59,816 nucleotides of DNA from a virus, in IMG/VR virus record IMGVR_UViG_3300002140_000076. One strand, given 5' to 3'. The translations under genes were made by a program, and so were the position numbers. Each line of letters opens with the position of its first letter. Positions within the stretch are counted from its first letter, which is position 1. This document shows, piece after piece, positions 7,465 through 15,599 of the stretch. The notes beneath the pieces are model-generated. The model did no database searches, was not told where the DNA came from, and saw only the letters and a list, made by a program, of their open reading frames with translations.

Positions 7465-7689
7465 ATGAATCAAGAAAAAGTTTTTGCGAATGGGTTTTCA
7501 TTCAAGAAAAATGCAGCTGCACCAGAATTTGTAGTTGGTAAACTGTCCATTAAAGCAGATGAGGCGGTTGAGTTCATCCAATCCCATGTTAAAAAGGGTT
7601 GGATCAACATTGATATCAAACAAGCAAAGAATGGAAACTACTATTGCGAGTTAGATACCTATGAACCAGTAGCTAAGGATGAATTTTAG
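7465..7689 (+). CDS. Hypothetical protein (74 aa), possibly a small OB-fold ssDNA-binding protein
   Basis: Sits directly after the exo/SSAP pair. The beta-rich pattern FVVGKLSIK...GWINIDIKQAKNGNYYCEL is suggestive. The function is a guess. Confidence 0.3.
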   Translation: MNQEKVFANGFSFKKNAAAPEFVVGKLSIKADEAVEFIQSHVKKGWINIDIKQAKNGNYYCELDTYEPVAKDEF

Positions 7690-7705
7690 CACTAAATAAC
7701 CTAAA

Positions 7706-7731
7706 GAAAGGGGGATTAATTTCCCCCTTTT
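7706..7731 (+). terminator. Hairpin terminator candidate after the recombination module
   Basis: gaaaggggga-ttaatt-tccccctttt has a G5/C5 stem plus A/T pairs and runs into T residues. Confidence 0.5.
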
Positions 7732-7766
7732 AAACCAAACAAAACACAAAATCCCCCCTCTCTACT

Positions 7767-7896
7767 TATATATATATAGAAATATATAACTTTATTATTT
7801 TTTCCCTACATAGGGGGAATAAAAAACAAGCATTTTCAACATAACAATTAGTAATCAGATAGTTAGGTATTAAAAATCAACATAAAATCAACATAA
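7767..7896 (+). promoter_or_regulatory. AT-rich module, copy 1: (TA)6, T-run, 17-mer AGCATTTTCAACATAAC (7829-7845), 33-nt spacer, 18-mer AACATAAAATCAACATAA (7879-7896). It abuts the primase ATG.
   Basis: The same blocks with the same 33-nt spacing recur at 58949..59083. Function (promoter or origin) is unknown. Confidence 0.6.
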
Positions 7897-7897
7897 G

Positions 7898-10330
7898 ATG
7901 ACATATAATGTAACAATTTTCAAGAACATAAAGGAGACGGATACACCGTTCTACCGAGACGTAAAGGTTCTCCTTGATAGGGTAAAGAACGGAGAGTCAA
8001 AGAATTTAGTTAAAAAAATACGTGCAGAAAAAGATAAGTCTGAGCGTAATGAATTAAAAAAATTACTTCCAGCGATTTGTTTTAGCGGTAAGTTTAATAA
8101 AAGAAATGATAGTTCATTGGTCGAGCATAGCGGATTGATATGTTTGGACTTTGATGGGTACGACAGAACCAGAGACTTACTTTTTGACAAGGATAAATTG
8201 TCAAAGGATAAGTTTGTATTCTCTGTGTTCGTATCTCCTTCAGGAAATGGGCTTAAGGTCTTGATGAAGATCCCGACAGAGGTCAACAACCACGTTAGCT
8301 ACTTCAACGCAATTGGCAAACACTTCAACTCACCACACTTTGATTCAGTGGTTAAGAATGTGTCTCGTGTATGTTACGAGTCGTTTGACCCTTTGATTTA
8401 CATCAACTATGATTCAAAGATATGGACTGTTCTTGATGATCCAGAGTATATCGAGGTAGTTAAGAATGTTGATGCGCCAACGATAGCAATAACAGATGAG
8501 AACAAGATAGTTGAGATTCTTGTGAAATGGTGGACAAAGAAGTATCCGATGGTAGATGGTCAGAGAAATCATAATGTATTTGTTTTGGCTATGGCGTTCA
8601 ATGATTATGGAATTGCAAAGTCATTAGCTGGTTATGTCTTGAACCAGTACTCAGACACCGACTTCCCAATTAGTGAGATATCTCGCACAATTGATTCCGC
8701 ATATGCAAATACAGGAAACTTTGGTTCTAAGTATTATGAGGATACTGAAAAAATAAGTGAGATAAAGTCACAACTTAACAATGGTGTATCAAAAAATGAT
8801 ATTCGCTATCAGTTAAAGGGGTCAGATATTGATAGCGAGATAATTGAATTAGTTCTAAATAGAATTGAGAATAGTGATTCATTGGATGTTTTTTGGACTA
8901 AAAACGATAAAGGTTTAGTTAAAATAATTCATCACAAATTCAAAACATTTCTTGAAGACAGTGGATTCTATAAGTTTTGTCCAGAGGGAGGAAAAAATTA
9001 TGTATTCGTAAAGGTTACAAATAATTTAGTTGACCACACTTCTGAGAAAGATATTAAGGATTTCATATTGAATTATCTTGAGACCATGGATGATATGGCT
9101 ATTTATAATTACTTCGCAGACCAGACGAGATTCTTTAAGGAAGATTTCTTGACTCTGTTGTCTACCATTGACATCTACTTCATAGAAGATACTAAGGATA
9201 CATCGTATTTGTACTATATTAATTGTGCAGTTAAGATTACTGAAAACACAGTAGAGCCAATTGACTACCTTGACTTAGGTGGTTACGTTTGGAAGGACCA
9301 TGTTGTTGATAGAGTTTTTGATATATGTGACGATAACTCATGCGATTACAAACAGTTCATTGGACGCATATGTGCTAACGATGAGGCTAGGGTAAAGACA
9401 TTGGAAAGTACCATTGGATTCTTGCTGCATGGTTATAAGAATTTATCATATTGTCCAGCTATAATTCTAAATGATGAGATGATTAGCGACAATCCAGAGG
9501 GTGGAACGGGTAAAGGATTATTCATGAGCGCAATAGGAAAAATGAAGAAGTTGGTTGTAATTGATGGCAAGGCATTTGCGTTTGAGAAATCATTCCCGTA
9601 TCAATTGGTATCAGCAGACACACAAGCTTTATGTTTTGATGATGTTAAGAAACACTTTGATTTTGAAAGATTGTTCAGTGTGGTAACAGAAGGTTTAACG
9701 CTTGAGAAGAAGAATAAAGATGCTATTAAGATCCCATTTAGCAGGTCTCCAAAGATCGCTATTACAACAAACTATGCCATCAAAGGTAGTGGTAACTCAT
9801 TTGCAAGACGTAAGTGGGAGGTTGAACTTCACCAGCACTACAGTAAGGATTATACTCCATTAGATGAGTTTGGGAAACATTTCTTTGCTGATTGGGATGA
9901 GTTTGAGTGGTGTCAGTTTGACAATTATATGATATCATGTCTTCAATTATATCTTGGTAAAGGACTGATTAAGGGTTCATTTGTTAATCTTGAAATTAGA
10001 AATTTATCAGCAGAGACATCACCTGATTTCATTGAGTGGTGTGGGTTAGTTAATGGTGCTGAGGCGAATCACGAGCTTAGAGTAGGTTTCAAGGTTAGGC
10101 TACAAGATGCCTATAATGAATTTATTTCTGAGTACCCTGATTATGCTCCAAAGTCAAGGTATAGCGTAAGCAGGATGAAGTTTGCAAAATGGGTATATGC
10201 ATATGCATTATTCATGACTGACGTAGCTCCTGAGATTGGAAGAGACATGCATGGTAAATGGATGTACATTAGGAGGTCATTGGGTGATTCGCCAAAAGTT
10301 TTAAGCAAATCGGTAATCAACGACAAATAA
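7898..10330 (+). CDS. Primase-helicase: VirE-N/BT4734-like primase-polymerase domain fused to a D5-like P-loop helicase (810 aa)
   Basis: The N-terminal part has SGLICLDFDGY and VFVSPSGNGLKVLMKIP, as in VirE_N/prim-pol. The central Walker A is NPEGGTGKGLF, with a Walker B-like LCFDDV typical of D5/P4-type SF3 helicases. Confidence 0.8.
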   Translation: MTYNVTIFKNIKETDTPFYRDVKVLLDRVKNGESKNLVKKIRAEKDKSERNELKKLLPAICFSGKFNKRNDSSLVEHSGLICLDFDGYDRTRDLLFDKDKLSKDKFVFSVFVSPSGNGLKVLMKIPTEVNNHVSYFNAIGKHFNSPHFDSVVKNVSRVCYESFDPLIYINYDSKIWTVLDDPEYIEVVKNVDAPTIAITDENKIVEILVKWWTKKYPMVDGQRNHNVFVLAMAFNDYGIAKSLAGYVLNQYSDTDFPISEISRTIDSAYANTGNFGSKYYEDTEKISEIKSQLNNGVSKNDIRYQLKGSDIDSEIIELVLNRIENSDSLDVFWTKNDKGLVKIIHHKFKTFLEDSGFYKFCPEGGKNYVFVKVTNNLVDHTSEKDIKDFILNYLETMDDMAIYNYFADQTRFFKEDFLTLLSTIDIYFIEDTKDTSYLYYINCAVKITENTVEPIDYLDLGGYVWKDHVVDRVFDICDDNSCDYKQFIGRICANDEARVKTLESTIGFLLHGYKNLSYCPAIILNDEMISDNPEGGTGKGLFMSAIGKMKKLVVIDGKAFAFEKSFPYQLVSADTQALCFDDVKKHFDFERLFSVVTEGLTLEKKNKDAIKIPFSRSPKIAITTNYAIKGSGNSFARRKWEVELHQHYSKDYTPLDEFGKHFFADWDEFEWCQFDNYMISCLQLYLGKGLIKGSFVNLEIRNLSAETSPDFIEWCGLVNGAEANHELRVGFKVRLQDAYNEFISEYPDYAPKSRYSVSRMKFAKWVYAYALFMTDVAPEIGRDMHGKWMYIRRSLGDSPKVLSKSVINDK

Positions 10331-10408
10331 CACGCTTATTTGGCGATTTAATTCAATGAAAATATAGTATAATTAGTGATTATTAATTAACAATTTAAAA
10401 CAAATAAA

Positions 10409-10696
10409 ATGAGAAGTTACAAAAAAGAATTAGAAGAAATTGCAAGTGATTTGTTAAATCAAAACGCTCATGCAGAAGGCAATGAGAATAAGCCGAATTA
10501 TTCCAAAAGAGATTTTATGAATGGGCTGATTATTTTTCAAACAGCATTGATGGATAAGATGTATGATAATCAAGATTACGATAAAATGGATATTGAGGAT
10601 AGAATAAAAATGACTGAAAGTTGTGGCTTTGCATTGAGAAACTTAATCCATACTTACACTGGATTAGACACACATAAGATTGAGGAGTTTCTTTAG
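10409..10696 (+). CDS. Hypothetical protein (95 aa)
   Basis: Tiled ORF preceded by the aacaatttaaaacaaataaaATG leader motif. Confidence 0.55.
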   Translation: MRSYKKELEEIASDLLNQNAHAEGNENKPNYSKRDFMNGLIIFQTALMDKMYDNQDYDKMDIEDRIKMTESCGFALRNLIHTYTGLDTHKIEEFL

Positions 10697-10813
10697 GGCA
10701 TCAGATAACACCTACGGCTATGAATTAAAGCCGTATAACAAATGATTGATTCAAAAAAAACAACCCCAACAACGGCTTTTATTTATAGCCATTGTTAGCA
10801 AACATTTAATAAT

Positions 10814-11095
10814 ATGATTGATTTTAAAAGTTACCACGAAAAAAACCCACAAATATGGGAGGCTTTTCAAAAATTTGCTCGCCAAGCAAAAGATAGAGGA
10901 TTTAAACATTACTCAGCCAATGGAATATTTGAAATAATTAGATGGCATACTGAAGTTTCAGCTAGAGATAATTTTAAAATTGGCAATAATTATAGACCTG
11001 ATTACGCTAGAAAAATGATGACTGATTTTCCAGATGAGTTTGATGGTTTTTTTAGAATTAGAGAGTTGAAAGCACCTAGAACTTATTGTTTATAA
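10814..11095 (+). CDS. Hypothetical protein (93 aa)
   Basis: Isolated ORF flanked by hairpin-containing spacers. Confidence 0.55.
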   Translation: MIDFKSYHEKNPQIWEAFQKFARQAKDRGFKHYSANGIFEIIRWHTEVSARDNFKIGNNYRPDYARKMMTDFPDEFDGFFRIRELKAPRTYCL

Positions 11096-11156
11096 CACCA
11101 AAACAAGAAAATGTTTTAATGTTTCTTGTTGACTGTTATGAGCCGTTTAAATGGCG

Positions 11157-11164
11157 TAACTTTG
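11157..11164 (+). promoter_or_regulatory. Bacteroidota-type -7 promoter box TAACTTTG upstream of the SNF2 helicase gene
   Basis: Matches TAnnTTTG. Located 44 nt before the ATG at 11208. Confidence 0.45.
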
Positions 11165-11190
11165 TCCAGTTTTTTGCGCAAAAAACTGGA
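11165..11190. promoter_or_regulatory. 26-bp perfect palindrome TCCAGTTTTTTGC/GCAAAAAACTGGA directly after the -7 box (operator or 5' UTR hairpin candidate)
   Basis: The sequence equals its own reverse complement over all 26 nt. Confidence 0.6.
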
Positions 11191-11207
11191 CATTTAAAAA
11201 TAAATAT

Positions 11208-12665
11208 ATGTTAGTGATTGATAGAAAGCTAGGGTATTCTGATGAAATGATGTATAGTTACTGTCAGATTCTTGCCTCAGTTGTGAATAAAACAATAGAC
11301 GTAAAGACTGGGAGAGGGAAGAACGTGACAATTACAAGAGTTCTTAAGCACTCTACTCATAAAGATGCTATTGAGAAAATAAACAATAGTGTTGATTATT
11401 ATAAAGAACTAATGGAAAAACCAAAATGTAAAGTAGAATTTAGAGACTATCAGAATGATATAATATCAAGGGGTAGTAGCTTAATGCTTAAGCATAGATT
11501 TGTGTATTTAGCAATGGAGGTTAGGACTGGTAAGACACTCACTAGTCTCGGTATAGCTAATTCAGTAGGAGCGACAAGCGTACTATTCGTAACTAAAAAG
11601 AAAGCGATAAGCAGCATACAGGATGATTATGATTTACTGCTTCCCTCGTATAGAATTGTGATTATAAATTACGAATCATTACATCTGGTAAATGATAGTT
11701 TTGATCTAATCATACTTGATGAAGCCCATGGCATGGGGGCTATACCTAAGCCAAGCAAAAGGGCGAAACAAGTCAAGGAGATGATCATGAAGAATGGTTA
11801 TCCATACGTAATACTTTTGTCAGGTACTCCGACTCCAGAGTCGTATAGTCAGATGTATCACCAGGTATATGGCATACGGAATAATCCATTCAGTGAGTTT
11901 AAAAACTTTTACAGATTCTGTGACAAGTATGTTAATGTGAAGGAGAGAAAGATAAATGGGCTAATGATTAAGGACTATAAAGATGGTCTGGAGTCGATCA
12001 TTAATGCGATGTCACCATACACAATAAACTATACGCAGAAGCAAGCTGGTTTCAAGGTTGATACTCGTGAGCATATCATGGAGGTAGAAATGAGTGATAC
12101 TGTTTATCGAATTGCTAAGAAGCTAAAGAAGGACCTTGTTGTTGAAGGTAAAGACGAAGTTATTCTTGCCGACACACCAGTGAAACTAATGATGAAGCTC
12201 CATCAGTTGTACTCAGGAACAATTAAGTTTGAGTCTGGAGCATCAATGATTATTGATCCATCAAAGGCTCAGTTTATATACGATAACTTCTGCAATGTAA
12301 AGATTGGTATCTTTTATAAATTTAAAGAGGAACTGAATGCACTCATGCAGATATACGGTAAGGAATACTTAACAACAGATCTTAGCGAGTTTGACACCAC
12401 TGATAAGTCAATAGCATTGCAGATAGTTTCTGGTCGTGAAGGCATAAGCCTAAAGAAAGCTGATGCGCTTGTGTACTTCAATATAGACTTTAGCGCAACT
12501 AGTTACTGGCAGAGCAGAGATAGGATGACTACCAAGGATAGATTGGAAAGCGATGTCTATTGGATATTCGCAAAAGGAGGAATAGAAAGGGATATATACA
12601 AAACAGTTATAGAGAAAAAAGATTATACATTAAATCATTTTAAAAAAAATAACACAAATGAATGA
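11208..12665 (+). CDS. SNF2/DEAD-like superfamily 2 helicase (485 aa)
   Basis: Motifs present: FRDYQNDII (motif Q/I region), MEVRTGKT (Walker A), LIILDEAHG (DEAH box) and LLSGTPTPES (motif III). Confidence 0.8.
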   Translation: MLVIDRKLGYSDEMMYSYCQILASVVNKTIDVKTGRGKNVTITRVLKHSTHKDAIEKINNSVDYYKELMEKPKCKVEFRDYQNDIISRGSSLMLKHRFVYLAMEVRTGKTLTSLGIANSVGATSVLFVTKKKAISSIQDDYDLLLPSYRIVIINYESLHLVNDSFDLIILDEAHGMGAIPKPSKRAKQVKEMIMKNGYPYVILLSGTPTPESYSQMYHQVYGIRNNPFSEFKNFYRFCDKYVNVKERKINGLMIKDYKDGLESIINAMSPYTINYTQKQAGFKVDTREHIMEVEMSDTVYRIAKKLKKDLVVEGKDEVILADTPVKLMMKLHQLYSGTIKFESGASMIIDPSKAQFIYDNFCNVKIGIFYKFKEELNALMQIYGKEYLTTDLSEFDTTDKSIALQIVSGREGISLKKADALVYFNIDFSATSYWQSRDRMTTKDRLESDVYWIFAKGGIERDIYKTVIEKKDYTLNHFKKNNTNE

Positions 12666-12939
12666 AGAAAACCAAATAAAAACAGTAGTTTTGTTAGGAA
12701 TTACTAACATAATGATACAATACATTGAAGATATATCATTTGACCACCCTAATTTAATTAGATACGGGTTAAAGAAATCGTTAAAAAATGCTGTATCTGA
12801 GATTGAGAAACAGCATGAGAGAATATTCATGGGATTAGAGGGTGAACAGAGAACAGGAGTCGCTGAACAGATTAATGATATATCATTAAAGTTTCACGAT
12901 TGGGTATTCAATGAGTTTAAATTTGATAATAATAAATAA
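12658..12939 (+). CDS. Hypothetical protein (93 aa)
   Basis: Overlaps the helicase stop by 8 nt, in the tiling. Confidence 0.5.
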   Translation: MNEENQIKTVVLLGITNIMIQYIEDISFDHPNLIRYGLKKSLKNAVSEIEKQHERIFMGLEGEQRTGVAEQINDISLKFHDWVFNEFKFDNNK

Positions 12940-12941
12940 TT

Positions 12942-13232
12942 ATGGAAAGCAAGAAAAACAAAAACGCAGGCAAGCACCCGTCATATGACAAGCTAAATAT
13001 GTCTGAAGAAAGACGCAAAAAGAAGTTGGCGTATGATAAGGAGTATGGAGCATCGGCTGCTAGAAAAAAGTATAGAGCTGAACTAAATGCCGCCAATAAA
13101 AAGGCAGGTACGTATGGCAATGGAGATGACAAGGATATGAGTCATGGCAAAAACGGGAAGCTAAGTAGTGAGCCTCAGTCTAAGAACAGAGCACGTAATG
13201 GTCAGAATGGTAAAACCACAAAAAAGAAATGA
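12942..13232 (+). CDS. Small, very basic, K/R/N-rich protein (96 aa)
   Basis: Tiled ORF with low-complexity basic composition. Confidence 0.5.
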   Translation: MESKKNKNAGKHPSYDKLNMSEERRKKKLAYDKEYGASAARKKYRAELNAANKKAGTYGNGDDKDMSHGKNGKLSSEPQSKNRARNGQNGKTTKKK

Positions 13233-13471
13233 CCGAACAGCAGATACAAAGCAAGAGGATTAAGCAATTAGAGGCAGAGGGGTACTACGTACTAAAACTG
13301 GTAAAGACCAACAAAAATGGGATACCCGACATAGTCGCTATAGCTCCAAATGCTGATGTAGTTTTCAGTGAGGTAAAAACGCTAAAAGGAAAGACATCAC
13401 CTCTTCAGGATTATAGACTGAAAGAGCTGAGTGAATACGGTTTTAAAACAGAAGTATATAGAGGTGAGTGA
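13229..13471 (+). CDS. VRR-NUC-type PD-(D/E)XK nuclease (80 aa)
   Basis: GIPDIVAIAPNADVVFSEVKTLKGKTSPLQ fits the D...ExK core and the VRR-NUC size. Has ATGA overlaps on both sides. Confidence 0.65.
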   Translation: MTEQQIQSKRIKQLEAEGYYVLKLVKTNKNGIPDIVAIAPNADVVFSEVKTLKGKTSPLQDYRLKELSEYGFKTEVYRGE

Positions 13472-14637
13472 CATATAAGTTATCTCAACCAAGTATAAAC
13501 CCTAATAATTTAAAAATGACTATACGAAAAAGATTAAAGCCAATGGAGGCTAGCGCACTAGGCTTAGAGTTAAAAATAGGTACGGATGGAAACGGTAAAT
13601 ATAGACTAAATAAAAATCAACTTATTCAACTAAAGGAACTTAGAAGCAAAGGAGTTATATCATCCTGCGAATCAAAAGACATAGATCCTACTACAGTAAA
13701 GCATCTATGGAAAAAGGATAAGGAGTCATCTGTGTTTGTGAAAAACCCACTATACATAGAGCCAGATATAAGAGATGCAATTGAAGACATGAAGATTCTT
13801 CATGATAGATCAATGAAAGAACAGAAGGATTATGCATTTAAGTATCCAGAGTTTAAGCATGAAAAATCAAACGATCCACACTGTTTGCTATTCGATGCAG
13901 CGGATATCCACATAGGAAAGATTTGCAGCTCTTTTGAGACTGGTGAGGACTACAACTCTCAGATTGCCGTTAAAAGAGTTAAAGAAGGATTAGATGGCAT
14001 ATTAAACAAAGCCAAGGGATTTAATTTTGATCAAGTAATATTTGTTGCTGGAAACGACATCCTTCATATTGACAACCCAAAACGAACAACAACAAGTGGG
14101 ACTGCGCAGGATACAGACGGGATGTGGTATGATAATTTCATGATGGCTAAGAGATTACTTATTGAGGTAATTGAAAAACTTCTAACCATAGCTGATGTTA
14201 AGGTTGTTTTTAATCCATCTAATCACGATTTTACCCATGGTTTTATGCTACTTGACTCTGTTTCAAGTTGGTTTCATAATTGCGAACAAGTCACATTCGA
14301 CAACGATATGAGACACAGAAAGTATACTGTTTATGGTCAGAACCTAATCGGAACAACACACATGGATGGCGCAAAGATTGATAAGCTCCATGGTCTTATG
14401 GCTGAAGAGGCTAGTGAACACTGGCATAACTGTAAGCATAGATATATTTATGGGCATCATATACACCATAAAACAAGTAAAGATTTCTTTAGCGTATGTA
14501 TAGAGACGCTCAGAAGTCCTAGCGGTACAGATGGATGGCATCATAGAAACGGATTTCAGCATGCCCCAAAAGCAATTGAGGCGTTTATACACCACCCAAC
14601 GCAGGGTCAGGTGTCAAGAATTACACACATATTTTAA
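13468..14637 (+). CDS. Calcineurin-like metallophosphoesterase (389 aa)
   Basis: Ordered motifs DAADIHIG (DxH), VAGNDILHID (GD/GND), NPSNHDF (GNHD-like) and YGHHIHH (GHxH). Confidence 0.7.
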   Translation: MTYKLSQPSINPNNLKMTIRKRLKPMEASALGLELKIGTDGNGKYRLNKNQLIQLKELRSKGVISSCESKDIDPTTVKHLWKKDKESSVFVKNPLYIEPDIRDAIEDMKILHDRSMKEQKDYAFKYPEFKHEKSNDPHCLLFDAADIHIGKICSSFETGEDYNSQIAVKRVKEGLDGILNKAKGFNFDQVIFVAGNDILHIDNPKRTTTSGTAQDTDGMWYDNFMMAKRLLIEVIEKLLTIADVKVVFNPSNHDFTHGFMLLDSVSSWFHNCEQVTFDNDMRHRKYTVYGQNLIGTTHMDGAKIDKLHGLMAEEASEHWHNCKHRYIYGHHIHHKTSKDFFSVCIETLRSPSGTDGWHHRNGFQHAPKAIEAFIHHPTQGQVSRITHIF

Positions 14638-14646
14638 TTAAACACA

Positions 14647-15204
14647 ATGGAAAAAATAGATAAAATTGAATTTCAGAAAAGAGATGCAAAAAGATTAAAG
14701 GGAATAATACAGGATACATTATGTATCGATGTATGTGAAAAGAAAAGAACTGAAGATATTGTTAATGCTAGAATAATATACTCACACATACTTCGTGAGA
14801 GGGGGCATAGTCTTTTATCAATAGGTCATTCAATAGAAAAAGATCACGCTACAATAATTCACTACCTGCGTAATATTGACGGGTGGAGGGCTAAGGATGC
14901 AGAATTTCTTAAAATATATAAAGATGTTCACGATAGATTTATTAGCACCACAGAAGACTTGATTGCCTTTTCTAATGAGGCAATTGAATCAGAAAGAATT
15001 GCGTCTTTAGAGGAGATTGCTATTGATTTAAAAATTAGTAATAGATTACTAATTGAAAGAACTGAGGAACTTGAAGGTGAGCTAAAAAAGTTTCAAAAGT
15101 TTGGTAAGATATATGATGTCGTTAATGAAAGAACAAGAGTTTCTGATAAGGAGTTGGTCCTGTGCGGAATAAAAGAATTCTATAATGGCTTGTATTTAAA
15201 ATAA
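14647..15204 (+). CDS. DnaA C-terminal (domain IV)-like HTH protein with a coiled-coil tail (185 aa)
   Basis: EDIVNARIIYSHILRERGHSLLSIGHSIEKDHATIIHYLRNI shows the same pattern as ORF 4831..5127. Confidence 0.5.
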   Translation: MEKIDKIEFQKRDAKRLKGIIQDTLCIDVCEKKRTEDIVNARIIYSHILRERGHSLLSIGHSIEKDHATIIHYLRNIDGWRAKDAEFLKIYKDVHDRFISTTEDLIAFSNEAIESERIASLEEIAIDLKISNRLLIERTEELEGELKKFQKFGKIYDVVNERTRVSDKELVLCGIKEFYNGLYLK

Positions 15205-15210
15205 AATTTA

Positions 15211-15218
15211 TATATTTG
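15211..15218 (+). promoter_or_regulatory. -7 promoter box TATATTTG, 3 nt before the ATG at 15222
   Basis: Matches TAnnTTTG. The spacing implies a leaderless or near-leaderless mRNA. Confidence 0.4.
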
Positions 15219-15221
15219 ACA

Positions 15222-15404
15222 ATGAAAAAAATATCAGCATTTGATTCAGAGCGATTAATCCGTATAAATATTCTTATGGATGGCATACATGACTCATGTA
15301 ACAATATCTACGAGCACCTTGTTGATGGTGAGTTCGATGACTTGATACCAGTCTTGAATGTCTTAATCGCTGAACTAAAGAGATTGAAGTCATCAGTAGA
15401 GTAG
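15222..15404 (+). CDS. Hypothetical protein (60 aa from the ATG). Last gene of the plus arm.
   Basis: The ORF-track start at 15216 is a TTG. The ATG at 15222 is the more likely start. A strong terminator follows. Confidence 0.5.
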   Translation: MKKISAFDSERLIRINILMDGIHDSCNNIYEHLVDGEFDDLIPVLNVLIAELKRLKSSVE

Positions 15405-15415
15405 TGGAAAGGGTA

Positions 15416-15448
15416 AGGGCAGTGATAACACCACTGCCCTTTTTTTTT
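15416..15448 (+). terminator. Rho-independent terminator at the convergence point of the two arms
   Basis: agggcagtg-ataacac-cactgccct forms a 9-bp GC-rich stem followed by T8. Confidence 0.8.
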
Positions 15449-15449
15449 A

Positions 15450-15587
15450 TCACTTCTTTGTCTTCATAACTCTTTTAGGAAGTTTCTCTGGGATCTTATC
15501 CCACTTCGCTTCTTGCTCCCATCTCTTAGCTATCTCTGGCTTATTCTTATACATAAACCTTTTCTGTGCTTCACTTTTAAACGGCAT
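15450..15587 (-). CDS. Small basic protein (45 aa), DUF3008-like
   Basis: Hand translation gives MPFKSEAQKRFMYKNKPEIAKRWEQEAKWDKIPEKLPKRVMKTKK*. The KSxAQxRFM...P..AK.W pattern matches my recollection of a common small phage protein family. Confidence 0.45.
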   Translation of the reverse strand: MPFKSEAQKRFMYKNKPEIAKRWEQEAKWDKIPEKLPKRVMKTKK

Positions 15588-15599
15588 AACTTTTAGTTT

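Noticed and set aside
15495-15512. ttatcccac as a DnaA box (TTATCCACA) that could be bound by the DnaA-domain-IV-like proteins
   Set aside because: It is a single imperfect match inside a coding region, and no cluster of boxes was seen anywhere, including in the duplicated AT-rich modules.
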